From NCBI GenBank assembly GCA_013239625.1, contig MU054323.1:3770161-3834160 (forward strand): a stretch of DNA of 64,000 nt, read 5' to 3'. Both the position numbers and the translations under genes were made by a program. Shown here in pieces: positions 25,868-38,554 of this stretch (the first letter of the stretch is position 1; every line of letters starts with the position of its first letter). Under the pieces are notes generated by a model that searched no databases, was not told where the DNA came from, and saw only the letters and a program-made list of their open reading frames with translations. The stretch is from Lama guanicoe (taxonomy: Eukaryota).

Positions 25868-26121
25868 AATAATAATAATAATATTGTTATTTCAAATATG
25901 CAAGTACTTTAAAAACTGTTCTTAGAGCTTTTAAAACATCTGGAACAACTAATAACAAAAAATTGTATTTCATATCAGTTTGCTATATTTTATTTGACAG
26001 GACCAAGTCACTTCCTGTACCAGGAAATAAATTCAGTATTTTAATTTATACACACCCCCCCCACTACACATCTACATGCTTGATGGTAGGTATGTCACAC
26101 AGGTGAAATCCTAACTGTAGA

Positions 26122-26662
26122 AGTGGTGGGGTAGGTAGCTTCTGGCATGGCCCCCAGTGATCCTCACCTTCTAATATTCATGCTCTAGTGTAATCTGCTC
26201 TCCATGAGTGTGGGCTGGACCTAGTGATTTATTTCTAACATACAGAATACTATAAAAGTAATGAGCAATTGGGTGACAATCTGTGACTTCCATCTTGCCA
26301 GCAGACTCTTTCTCTGGCTCTTCCACCCTACTTGCTCTGATGGGGCAAGTGAGAAAGGCCCACATTCTAAGGAATTGAGAGTCGCCTCCATCCAACTGCC
26401 AGTGATGAACCAAGGCCCTCAGTCCAATCACCCTTAAGGGAGAGAACTTGGAAGCAGATCCTTTTCCATTCAAATCTTCAAATGAGACCATAGGCCTAAA
26501 AGACACTTTGATTACAGCCTTGTGAGAGATCCTGAACCAGAGGACCTAGTTAAGTTGTGGTCAGATCCCAGATCCACAGAAACTGTGAGAGAATAAACGT
26601 GCATAGTTTTATACTGCTAAGTTTTGAGGTAACTTGGTTATACAGCTCTAGATTACTAATAC
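26122..26662 (+). mobile_element. MaLR LTR (MLT1E/F-like)
   Basis: atggcccccagtgatcctcacc...gagtgtgggctggacctagtga...gaaactgtgagagaataaa; ends gattactaataca. Confidence 0.8.
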
Positions 26663-26759
26663 AATAGTTAATCTAAAAACTGAGCCAGTGATTCCACTGT
26701 CATTTCCATTATAGTAATAAATAAAGCCAATACTTAAATGGAACTTTTAAGTTCTAGGT

Positions 26760-26930
26760 ACCAATCTTAATTCTTTATATAATTCCTCACAAAAAATCCT
26801 TTGAAGAATATATTCTATCCCCATTTTACAGAAAGGGGAAACAAAGGTACAGAAAGACTCAGTAACTTGTCCAAGATCACAGAGACAAAAGATGACAGCA
26901 AGTATTTGAACCTAGGTGCCTTGGCTATAG
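26760..26930 (-). mobile_element. MIR SINE
   Basis: tatccccattttacagaaaggggaaac...agtaacttgtccaagatcacag...atttgaacctagg. Confidence 0.7.
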
Positions 26931-28421
26931 GGTGAAGATTTACAGCAACCATGCAAAGAGGACTGCTAGGACTGGATGCTATGAAGACAGTAGCATCACA
27001 ACATGGTACTAGAGGAGATTTAGAGGCCCAGCAGACGTTAGAAGCCATGCAAAATGCTAAAAACAAAAGGAAAGCTTGATTTCTGATTAAGAATGCCTTA
27101 TCAAGGGGGAAAAAAAAACAGAGTAGATGCAATAATACAGTGAATGGAATGCAATTTAGAATTTATTGAATTATACTTAGAAATGAAAAATACATTTTCT
27201 TATATCCAATATGAGAAATTAACAGCCTCCATTTGGTGTTAAAAACCACACCCAGGGAGGCTACAGTTGTACTTCTCCCAAAGGCAATTGTAAGTAAGAA
27301 GTGTGTCAAGCTGGTAGGAAAAGGAGCGAATTCCTAGTGGGCTCCAGTGAAGATATTTTATCACATGGAGTAAGAAAAGTCAATATCCTAGGATAGGGAG
27401 AGTTCAGGAAGGAATCACTTCCTATCTTGCATTTAGATCACCAGGTTAAATAGCACTCCTTCATGCTCCCACACCGTCTACTAACATAAGATGGTCGTTA
27501 TCACACCTATGGGTTAGTCTGTCTCCTCCATTAGACTTCAGCCTTTCTTTCCTCAAAGACTAATATTTTATTCACTGGGATGTCTTTAAAACACAGCACA
27601 AGGACTGATACATGGCAAGTGCTTAATAAAAGTTTTTTGAACAGAGAAATAATTTATGTTGTGAACTGCATTCATTTAATGGGTCATTTCAATGGTACAT
27701 GTCAGTGAAAATATGAGGTTTCATTTTGTTTTGAAGTGTTTTATAGTTCACTAGCTTTCCTGGCATTTTAAATAGATCTTAATGTCCCTAGTGTCTCATT
27801 TAATATCTGGCATATAGTGGCACCCCATAAGTATTTGTGAATGAATGAATGAGTGTTTTCAAAAGACCGTCAGGTTATAGAACAGAAAAGAATTCAAACT
27901 TAAGACTAAAGATTTAGTGTTCTTTAAGAACAGATGTTTGCCTATCAACAGTGGTGATGATGATAAATTTTCTTCCTTTTGAAAGGAGGCATGAATATTT
28001 GCATAATTCTCTCCCCAGACAAGATTCTTGACTAGGTCTAAGTTGATGTCTGCTCTTAAATATTCCTTTATAAAAGACAGCAATTTATATGTAATTTAAG
28101 AACTCCAGATAACCCTAGATTAAAAGGCATTTGTTCCAATACAATACTGTAAATTAACTCTACCTCAATTTTTAGAAAAGGGTTGTTTGGAAAACTCCTA
28201 CCTCCTTCAGCATTATTTTTTGAAACATTATGGGAACTGCATGAACATACTCTCACCCAGGCCCACAGAAACATGAAGTTATCCTTATGGATGGCTACCA
28301 AATATCCCTCTTTGTGTTCTATTCATCAGTTAAATAAGAGACAATACAGCAAAGGAAATCTGAGAGGATTTGTGCAAGTGCACAATCAAGCACCTACAGT
28401 TACCTCCAGAGGCATACTTAC

Positions 28422-28591
28422 TGGGAGCTCAGGGGCATGCTTCAAAATTTGAAGGGAAATATAGCAGCCTATTGAATGGCCAATGACCACCAGCTTCATT
28501 TCCTTTGGCACGTGAGTTCTCAGGAAAGCTAGTTTGTGTTCTACTTGACCCTGGAGTCCATAGATGTCCTTAATTTCTTGAGCATTTGGAT
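28422..28591 (-). CDS. LDAH: LDAH coding exon (exon 4, 170 nt) with the GHSIG catalytic serine motif: (D)PNAQEIKDIYGLQGQVEHKLAFLRTHVPKEMKLVVIGHSIGCYISLQILKHAPELP
   Basis: Acceptor cttttag|AT at 28591 and donor CCA|gtaagt at 28422. Phase 1 in, phase 0 out. GxSxG alpha/beta-hydrolase elbow with Ser codon at 28473-28475. Confidence 0.98.
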
Positions 28592-28946
28592 CTAAAAGCA
28601 AAAACATAAGTATGTTTTCATAAGTGAAAGTTATCTCTTCACTGGGAAAAATATCTTAAAAAAAAAAACCAATAGCAATTGCAGTAATTATCATTTACTG
28701 AAAGCCTACAAGGTACTCGCCACAGTGCTGGTACTTCATTTAAAGTGTATTGATCAATCTTCACAACAACCGCGGAAAGGAAGTATTCTTACCTTCATCT
28801 TATAGAGGAAAATTCCAAAAGGCTCATAGACATTAGGTGATGGACTGGCAATAACACAAGTGGGACAGGTGAGGTTGAAATCCAGGTCTCTCTGTCTTCA
28901 AAACTCATGAACCCTCAACTATTTCATGAAGTACTGTTACTTTAGG

Positions 28947-29132
28947 CCAATGGTTCTCAAACCTGAGCAAGAATCAGAATTCCCTGGAGAGCTTGTTAAA
29001 ACACTGATGGCTAGGCCCAGTACCAGAGTCTCTGAGTCAGTAGGTCTGGGTTGACACCTGAAAATCTGCAGTTCCAAGTTTCCAGGAGATGCTGTTACTG
29101 CTGGTCTCAGGACTGCACATTGATAAACACTG
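28947..29132. mobile_element. MER5A-type hAT-Charlie MITE
   Basis: ccaatggttctcaaacctgagc..atcagaattccctggagagcttgttaaaaca...tcagtaggtctggg...aacactgg. Confidence 0.85.
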
Positions 29133-29205
29133 GTTAGCCTAAGTTGTAGGATTAATGGACAATCAAAGATAATCCAAGACACTCCTTCAGTATTTTACAT
29201 AATCT

Positions 29206-29238
29206 TTGTTTGTTTGTTTGTTTGTTTGTTTGTTTGTT
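29206..29238. repeat. (GTTT)n microsatellite
   Basis: Direct read of about 8 tetranucleotide units. Confidence 0.9.
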
Positions 29239-32200
29239 TCCTTCCGTCAAGACTGAAAGATGCAGGCAGAAACGTTTTAAACCGTTCCATTTAACCAGCA
29301 CAGTCCTGACCTAAAATATCCTTTTTCCTTTCACAAATGAACCATCTTCTAGATTCTTCGAGATCTAATTAAAACTTTATCTGGCTAATCTTTAAGAAAA
29401 ATGGAGCCTTCTTTTGTGCTTAACCAGTACTCAGTTCTTACTACAGCACTTTATTACACTTGTATTACTGTCTGTTTATTTCCTCTCTTAGACTGTGAGC
29501 TCCCTGAAGGCAAAGTCCATTTTTTCCATCTGTTGTTGAATGAAAATATGAATTGACTAGACAATCTCTGAGGATGCCGCCAGCTTAATTCTATGAATAT
29601 AGAAAACTTGAACAGATTTCCCCCATGAACATATACACAACCTCAAAGACAGGGTGTAATACTTCAAAACATCACAAGGTAGTCAACTGCTTTCTAAAAA
29701 TGGAGTCATTGGAATACTAAATTTTTTGCCTTCATGACTCCTGCAAAGTTCCGATGCAAACTGTAAAGAACCACAATGTGGCTCATTCAAAATGCACCCA
29801 AAACTCATTCTGAAGGACTGCTCTTCAGTTTTTTCTGTACATGCTGTTTTTTTTTTTTTTCCTTCCTTCAGTGCTCAGCTCCCCCTTGTTAATCTGGCTA
29901 ACTCCTCTTCATCCTTCCAACTCTCAACAAGTGTTACCTCCTCTGAGAAGCCTTTCTATGATTCAGTGGATGAGGGGTAAAGTAGCCTTCCTTGCAGTTT
30001 CCACAGCATCCCATGTTTATCTCACCACACTGCTCCTAATTCACTCCTACTTTATAATTCTAAAGGTTATTTCAAAAGGATGTATAATCAGTTACAAAGC
30101 AGTTCTTTGAGGAACTAAGTAAACATCAGTTATGTTTCATCTACTTGTTCAAATTGACTGATCCAGTTATTAAAATTTTGTCAACTCTGGATCAAAATAT
30201 TATGCATCCTTTACAGCTTCAGGACAGAGGTAAATCTGATAACTATTTCTTTCTTCCATTTCACATTAACTAAACGGACCACTCTGCAAGAAAACAGTGA
30301 CTAGTTGACCCACGGTAGTCTTGAAAATACAGGTACAAATACAATATACTCCCTCATCTTCAAGGAACTCACAGACTAATAAGAGGAACAGAAATAGATA
30401 AGAACACTACTACAAAACATTAAAGTATGTCTCAAGCATTTCCTTGAGAAAATAAGAGGGTTTTATTGGATAACAATAGAAACATAATGTCCCTTTGGGT
30501 TCATAAAAGTGTGCCTTTCTCCAAGTAACTGAGAGATATCTGAAAAACCTTGTTTATAGGATTATTTTAACTAATTTTAACTGCATATTTGAATATAATC
30601 ATAATGGTTTAAATTTCACAATATATATTTTAACAACACATACACTGTATATTTATGTAGCTCTGCACTGGATATAAACACATAAGTTCTACTGCATACT
30701 GCCACACAAGCAATATTTACAAGTCACTGATGACCACAGAACTAACAAGACCAGGGACTAGTGCTACACGAGCCTTCTGCTAGGACTGAGTCTGCAGACA
30801 GGAACTCTCTTAATCTTACGTTAGAATTTTCTCAACTAGTAAAGTCTTCCATCTCGCCCCCATCATTGTTCCAAAGCTACAGCTTAAAAATAACTTTAAT
30901 TAAACAACTTACATGTGGGGATTAAAAGGCTAAAATTAGCACTTCATATTTTAAAGAACGCTTTGAACAAGAGGAATATATAGTTTACTCTTCAGGTCAA
31001 GTTTTTAAACACAAACCAAAAATCATGTGTTGTTTAGCATGACATGCATGTAACTAAAAAGGGAAATGAAATTTACTCGAACTTCATGAGAGTAGACCAC
31101 AAAGGCATAAAAGTGTGAGGTATAATTTTGGATATTGTGATGAGTTCCATGCCTGTTTGTGGTTATGTGGTTATGGGAGAGGAGGAACAAATAAGGTTAG
31201 ACAGGAATGTTCAGACTAGATCAAGCAGGACCCTGAACATCACCAAGTGACTCCACCGTGTGAGCAGTGAGAAGATACCAAAGGCTCTCAAAGGGAGGGG
31301 CAACGATCCCTGTGTGTTACAGGACGGGAGCTGCAATGCCATTCTCCCTCCTCCTGCTGTGCTTCCGACTTCTGTCTTCTCTGAGAGCCTAACGATTTGT
31401 TTGATTCTTAGCTTCTTTCCTTGCTCTACCCTTTCGTTTTCTGCTTCTTCCCGCCCACTGAGAGACTTGTTCATTTATTTCTAGTGACTGTGAGCCCTGA
31501 GACTTGACTGACTGATTATCCCTGCCTTGGGCTCATCCAGTCATTTCATGTAACCTCCATGTTTCTCTGCCAATCACAGTCCTGGCAAGAGAAAGCTCTA
31601 CTGGTTTTTCTCTCTTTCTCTCAGTTTTGGAGTGTTTTATTGATCCTTTAGATAAACATACCCAAATTCAACATGAGTTGAAAGATTGTGTAACTTTTTA
31701 AGGTAATGTTTTATCAGCTGAAACTAAACCACTATGATTTTTAGCTTTTATGTTACAATTTTTGAACAAATGACTTAAAATAGTTGATAATGAATCTGCC
31801 ATCAAGTAAGCTGACTCCATAGTAAATCAAAGCCAGAAAAAGTTTATACTTCTAATTCCTCAAATTTTCTTTTCACACTTTTTTTTTCCTGAATCACCCA
31901 CTTCTGACATGGGTGAACATCTGTTCTCCCAATTATACTCAATTTATGACTGTGATAATGTGGTGCAACTAGAGTATTATTTCCAACTGTTCATAATTTT
32001 AACATGTGCTAATATGAAGCAAAATATACTTTCAACATTTGATGTGTGGTTATAGCTTATGTCCTTTCTCTCAATGATTATGTACTTTTCACACTTTATT
32101 TTGCATGTCAGGAAACCTGCACTTTAGAACAATAATCTTGGATGGTGAATAATATATCTGTCCTGCCTATCCAAAGCATTTGACTACAGTGTGCATTTAC

Positions 32201-32694
32201 AAACATAACCTCCAATGTGTTAAACAGATGAAAGCAGAACTGTTCTGGCTGATTGGGGGGAAGAGTGAAGCCCAGAGCCCCACTTGCCCTTCATAGAACT
32301 TTTGGGCTACTTACAACACAGGTGGGAAGTCAGTGACCTAAAAGGCAGCACCATACATATTAATCTAGTAGGTCGTCAATAAGTCCTTGATGATGGATGA
32401 CTTGCCCTCTTACCCACTCTAGAAACCACAGCTTCCTCTGGCCCTGCGGTGGCCCTTTGGGCTAATGCCTCTAGATGGCACTGTTCTCATTAGCAGCAAA
32501 GGACCCAGGCTCTAATTAGTCATTAGGTCAACAGCACAGGAGTAGCCCAAGCAAGAAGCATACTCAAAGTAAAGTTATAAATAATAAGATATCAATTTAA
32601 AATAAGAATTAAAGACATTTCCCAGAAATTCAGACACACAGCAGATTCCTTCTACTGGTTTTCCCTACCAGCGTTTACTGGTGAAGATCTATGG

Positions 32695-32883
32695 CAGTGG
32701 TTCTGGAAATGTGGTACCAGGACCAGCAGCATCAATACTACCTAGGAACTTGTTAGAAATGCAAGTTCTCAGGTCCCACCGCACTTCTACTCAATCAACA
32801 ACTCAGGTGGTGGTACCCAGTAATTTGTGTTTCAATAAATCCTCCAGGTGATTCAGGTGCCTGCCGAAGTTTGAGAACCCCTG
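32695..32883. mobile_element. MER5-family MITE
   Basis: cagtggttct...accagcagcatcaa...ggaacttgttagaaatgcaa...aagtttgagaacccctg, with imperfect terminal inverted repeats. Confidence 0.8.
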
Positions 32884-34159
32884 AAGTAGAGCTATTCTTC
32901 AAGTGTATTTTTAACTTTCAAGGTTGCTGTTCACATTTTGTTCAACATTTGTTTTGTCTTCAGTATGACTTAAAGGGTTACTGTGATAACTAAGTTGGAT
33001 GTTGCTCTCATTAGGTAATTCAATTTATAACTTCTATTATGACGGCCTTCCTCACTAAGGTGTAGGAAAAAGGCACACTAGCGAATCGTCACTAAGTTTG
33101 AACACCACAAAAGAAGAGGTATTATCCTTCACGAGGACCCTGAGGTATTTCCACTACTTCCCAGCTCCTTCTGTCTTTGGTTGTGTCTTCTGCCAGTTAA
33201 GATGACAGGCCAGCAGAGATGGCAGCTTTTCAAGATTTCGCATGTTAAACAAGCCTGTTTCCTAAGAACTCTTTTAACACCTCTTATTTTTCTGAAAATA
33301 AGATGGCCAAAGCACATTCTAAGCAGACATATACATTTCCTGACAAAGGAAAAACTGGTATCAAACCCCAAAATTTATTTGGGTATATAAGAAGAAATAA
33401 CTTAAAACAATAAAGATGTACCTTTTAAAATATTTCAGGGTAGACCAGTTTGAAATATTTGATTTCACTTTCAGTCACTTTTCAAGGTGATAGTTTTTGA
33501 CATCAACGTTTTGTTTTTAATCAAGGTAATAAAATGTATATATTCAGTCTCACTTTACAAAATCTTTCACTGCCTTTTACTTGCCTTTCAAAGCACAACC
33601 TAGCCTTTAAGCTAAGTGTAAAAGGCTCTCAAGTAAACTGCATTCATAGAGGAACACATACACGTAAACAGAAAAAGACACTATGAAAAGGCATTTTGAG
33701 GTATTTATGCAAGCATTTGCCATGAGTTGCATAGTTTCATCTAGACTCTATCCTATCCCCTTTATGGGTCATCACCAGAAAAGAGTGACAGATAGGGTAC
33801 AACCTGCAACTGTGGAAGGGCTAAGCATTAGCACTTTGCACTCGCCACTCGAGACGACCTCCCACAGAACCAGAGCACCGACTTCAGCATCAGAAGTGCT
33901 GGCTTCCTGTCCAGGTTCTGCCACTCACCAGCAGAAGATCATTTGGCCCTGTTGGGCCTTACTTTCCTTCCTTGAAAAATAAGGGTTCAAGGTGGGATTT
34001 TAAGTAGACACTTTAAGCTCTTAGATCCTGTAATACGTTTTCTTTCTTTAAAACCCTTAGAGAAATTTTTTTTCAAACTTACACAAAAGTCCAGAGAACA
34101 GTACAACAGACCCCCATATATCCATGGCCCAGCTTCAACAATTATTCATTTTCTTTCTT

Positions 34160-35460
34160 CTTTCTAGCTTTACTGAAATATGACTGACAAATAAAATTTG
34201 TATATATTTAGGTTGTACACCATGATTGTTTTTAAAAGTGTACAAGGTGATGATTTAATATACATATACACTATGGAATGATTCATAATCAGGTTGAGTA
34301 ACACATCCAACACCTTGCATAGTGAGTGTAAGTACTTGACAGTAAGCTTTTGATTGACGAGGCAGTCATTTCAAAAGACATCCACTTTGAAAAGCATATT
34401 GCCAGCTGTAATGACCCAGCTACTAGCAAAACAATCAGATAAGGAACCAGGCCACCCTCGCCCATGAACGCGTTCCCTTTCAGAAAGCCTTGGGTAATCT
34501 ACGTAACTGCTTGAGTGACCCACTTCTCTCTTTTTCCCACATCCTCACCAAGATTTGCTAACTTTTGTGTTTTTTTTGATATTAGCTATCCTAACAGGTG
34601 TGAGGTGATACATCATTGTGGTCTTGATTTGCATTTCCTTGATGATGCTGCTGAGCATTTTTCATATGCATTTTGTATACATACATATATTTGCATGTCT
34701 TCTCTGGAAAACTTGGCCCATTTTAAAAATCTATTAGTGTTTTTTCTACAGTTGTATGACTTCCTTATATATTTTGGAAATTATCCCCTTATCAGGAATA
34801 GTTTGCAAATATTTTCTCCTATTTTGTAGGCTGCCTTTTCATTTTGTTGTAGTTTCCTCTGCTGTACAGAAGTTTTTTAGTTTGATACAGACCCAATTAT
34901 TTATTTTTACCTCTGTTATTTGTGCCAAGTAACAAAAAGTCATGGCAAAAAAAAAATTATTACCAAGACCAATGTCAAAGAGTTTTTCCCTTATGTTTTC
35001 TTCTAAGAGTTCTATGGTGTCTGGCCTTAAATTTAAGTATTTAATCCATTTCAAGTTAATTTTTGTGTATAGTGTAAGATAAGGGCCCCATTTCATTCTT
35101 TTGCATGTGGATATCCAGTTTTCCCAATACCATTTATTGAAGGTACTATCTTTTCCCCATTGTGTGTCCTTGGTCAAAGATCAGTTGACCCTATAGTCGT
35201 GGGTTTATTTCTGGGCTCCCTATTCTGATCATTTGGTCTGTTTTTATGTCAGTACCATACTGTTTTGATTACCAGCTTTGTAATATAGTTTGAAATTAGG
35301 AAGTGTGTTAACTTCATCTTTGCTCTTCTTCCTGAAGATTATTTTGGCTATTCGGTGTCTTTGTGGCTCCATACAAATTTTAGGATTTTTTTCCTATTTC
35401 TGTAAAAAAAAATGTGATTGGAATTTTTGTGGGAATTTATATATAGATTGCACTGAATCT
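34160..35460 (-). mobile_element. L1 (L1MA-like) 3' fragment: 3' UTR at 34160-34323, ORF2 at ~34524-35460, with a foreign insert between
   Basis: ORF 34839-35177 (QWGKDSTFNKWYWENWISTCKRMK..PYLTLYTKINLKWIK.LN.RPDTIELLEENI) is typical L1 ORF2. The left end has the antisense 3' UTR ctttactgaaatatgactgacaaataaaa. Confidence 0.9.
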
Positions 35461-35856
35461 ATAATATATAATTATCTAAATAGAAGATAATTAGGGAAAT
35501 AAAAAATATAAAGTAGGTGAAAGTGGCAGTACAAGAAATTTGAGTGACTGAAGTGCTAAAACAAAGCCTGGATGATCTTGCTTATAAAGGGCCTGATCAC
35601 CGAGAGCGGAAACTGTTTCAGCAGAGAGGAGTAGAGTTTGCCTAGACAAGGGCAATCTTACACGTGATGCCTTAAAAAACAAAAAGACACAGGAAGTCTG
35701 GGTGGTGAGATATCCTAACAATAAATAATATAAGCGCAATGGATCTGTTTCAAGCACAGAGGTATTTTTCCCTAAGTGCTAGCAAAGAGGCAGGTTCACA
35801 GCAGGTACTCCAAAATGGTTAAACTGAATCAATGGAATTAGGAGAAAAGAAAGCTT

Positions 35857-35982
35857 GTGGGAGGGAATAGCTCAGTGGTAGAATGCGTGCTTAGCATGTA
35901 CAGGGTCCTGGGTTCAATCCCTAGTATCTCCATTTAAAAAGAAAAAGAAAGAAAGAAAAGAAAAGTAAAATTAAAAAAAAAA
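35857..35982 (+). mobile_element. tRNA-Ala-derived SINE (camelid vic-1 type) with A-rich tail and 14-bp TSD
   Basis: A box tagctcagtggta, B box gggttcaatccc, anticodon-like ttagcat, A-rich tail. TSD agaaaagaaagctt at 35843-35856 and 35983-35996. Confidence 0.9.
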
Positions 35983-36705
35983 AGAAAAGAAAGCTTAAAT
36001 TCCATTCTCAAGAGTTGGCACCTGATGTTAAAAGTCAATTTAAAATTATCGCAGGGTTCTGGAATGAGAACTAGTTTTTCAGGAAGCTGATCTATACTAC
36101 GATATGTGAGAATTAAGAGGCAAGGTCAAGAGCCTGGGAGTTGTGACATTCACAGTGAGATGACACATGAATAGTCTGAGCTATGGCTTCAGGAGTGAAA
36201 AGAAAAGAGAACCAGATCGCATGCTAACTATAGAACCAGAGTATCTACTCTGTATGCATGAGGGTGATTTTGTTTCTTAAATTCTGCAGTAACTACATTG
36301 TATCTTGACTATATGCACCAGTTAACAGCCAAAAATAAGACATGGATAAAAATAGTAATCATCTCTTAATTGTCACTCACTTCTTCAAATTAAAAAATGT
36401 TTACAATTTAGCATGCCTGCAGATGTTCATGAATGTGGAAAGAACTTCTACTTAGAACAGAAACTTTTCTTTCACTGTTCAACAGGATTAAGGCTTCAAA
36501 AGGCCTGCTTCTGGAAACTGTAAGGTTATTACTTCTGAGGATGGACCAAAAGGCAGCTTCTAAAACTTCAACAAATATTTAATAAAAATATTTTAAGAGA
36601 TAATTTGTATGTTCTCCTGTTGCTCAGGCACAATGTCATACGTATATGCTGACCTATACTTGTGATCAGATTTGAAATGTCAATACATAACATTCTCATT
36701 CATGA

Positions 36706-37115
36706 TTGTTAAGGACTTAATGTTTGTGTTCCCTATAACTCTTATGTTGAAGCCCTAACTCCCTCAATTTACATTGGTATTTGGAGACGAGGACTTTGGG
36801 AGGTAATTAGGGTTAGAGAGGGTCATAAGGGTGGGGGCCTCATGAAGGGATAGGTGCCCTTATAAGAAGACGTCAGAGAGCTTGAGGGCCTGTGCACGCT
36901 CTCTCTTGCATGTGTTTGCTCTCTCTCTCTCTCTGATGCGTGAGGACATAAAGAGAAGGCGGCCACCTGCAAGCCAGGGGTAGGGCTCTCATCAGAACCT
37001 AGTTATGCCGAAACGCTCATCTTGGACTTACAGCCTCCAGACTGTAAGAAAATAAATCCCCGCTATGTAAGCGATGTAGTCTATGGTTTTTGTTACGGGA
37101 GTCTGAGCTAATACA
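36706..37115 (+). mobile_element. MaLR LTR (MLT1A-like)
   Basis: tgttaaggacttaatgtttgtgttccc...tatgttgaagccctaac...ccttataagaaga...cagcctccagactgtaagaaaataaa; ends ctgagctaataca. Confidence 0.85.
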
Positions 37116-38164
37116 GTGATAGAAAGTAAAATGTAAATATTAAGTTACTTTAAAATTTCAGTATTTGTTTTTATAGTAACAGATTCTGTTTTTAGAACGG
37201 GTTTAGAGTTACAGAAAATTTGAACAGACTAGTCCAGAGAGTTCTCTTATCACCTATCCCTTTCTCTCTCTCTACGCATACATGGTTTCCCCTATCATTA
37301 GATGCTCAGTAAGATGCTCATACCATAGGAGAGGCTAACCAGAACCAGGAGCAAACTAGGTAATGAAGCCACAGCCACCTCTCCCAGCTCAGACTGACTA
37401 GGTGGCACCCTCAGGACAAATGACCCTTGGGTGGAATGCCCACAGAGAAGTTATGTTTTTCTTTTTCCTTCTCATTTATTTTTAGAAGAGAGAACATGCT
37501 AGAATATTCATGAATTAAAAGCAGGTAATTTGCATGTCTATGGTACTACTTCCTCCATTTAAAGGTTTCTAGTAATCTACCACTTAGAGTCCTCTTCTCC
37601 CCCAGCTTTCAAGGTTCCTCCTTGAGATCTGGACCTGCCTAGCACTGGAGTACCTACTGAATCTCTCTCCCTGCTACGCTAAGCCTTCTGCCTGTTATAT
37701 CTCTGCATCCACCTCCACCCTTCAAGTCCAAATTCTTACCCAACTGTTAAAACCCATTTACTCCTCAAAGTCTTTTCAAACTCATACCATGTTCTCTCCT
37801 TTGTTTACTCCTTAAGAATTGACATGATCAGCAAGCCAGAGTTTATCATTTGACTGCTAGCTCTAAATGTGAGACGAGAGCTTCTTTAGAGTAAGGACAA
37901 TGGCTAAGAACCATGTCTTATAATATTTCACCATTCCTCTTAGTACAATACTGGTACTATAATACATGATCAATGCATACACAGTTGACTGCTAGTTGGT
38001 AAATAGAGAAGGCAAGTCCTAGACAAACTGTTTGATATGGCCAAAGTTTCAAAGAAAACTATCTGCAGAAGAATTGAAATGATCCCCCAAATCCTAAAAT
38101 TACCAAAATGTGGAATGCTGGGCCCAATGCCACAAGCAGAGGTTTCCATCAGTACAACGCTCTC

Positions 38165-38320
38165 TTTTTTTTTTTTAAAGCAATGGGGGGAGGGAGGTAA
38201 TTAGGTTTGTTTGTTTGTTTGTTTATTATTAGTTTTTTTAACAGAAGTACTGGGGATTGAACCTGGGACCTTGTACATGCTAAGCATGAGCTCTACCACT
38301 GAGCTGTACCCCCACCCTCC
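38165..38320 (-). mobile_element. tRNA-Ala-derived SINE (vic-1 type), ~90 bp into LDAH intron 3
   Basis: Reverse complement has agctcagtggtagagctcatgcttagcatgtacaaggtcccaggttcaatccccagtac, an (AAAC)n-ctaattacctccc tail and poly-A. Confidence 0.9.
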
Positions 38321-38410
38321 GCCACTGGTGTAACTCTTAACCTTAGGAGGCTTTAAGAAACATGAATACCCACTCACTGTAAAGAAAAGCAGATGTTAAT
38401 AAAGACATAC

Positions 38411-38554
38411 CATCCGATGTTGTAAGAATCTTCTTGTCTTTGGGGGCAAAGGCATGCCCAGCATGACTGATAACCCAAACTGGAAAGCGTCTTTTTGTTG
38501 AAGAATACAAAGCCTTTGCAAATGGCACATAAAGGGCAGAAAATCCTGGGTTAC
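38411..38554 (-). CDS. LDAH: LDAH coding exon (exon 3, 144 nt): (G)NPGFSALYVPFAKALYSSTKRRFPVWVISHAGHAFAPKDKKILTTSD
   Basis: Acceptor tcttag|GT at 38554 and donor G|gtatg at 38411; phase 1-1. Contains the conserved GNPG and SHAGH motifs of LDAH. Confidence 0.98.

Noticed and set aside
35859..35932. tRNA-Ala(AGC)-like gene
   Set aside because: Acceptor stem has mismatches, and it has an A-rich tail and a 14-bp TSD; it is a SINE, not a tRNA gene.
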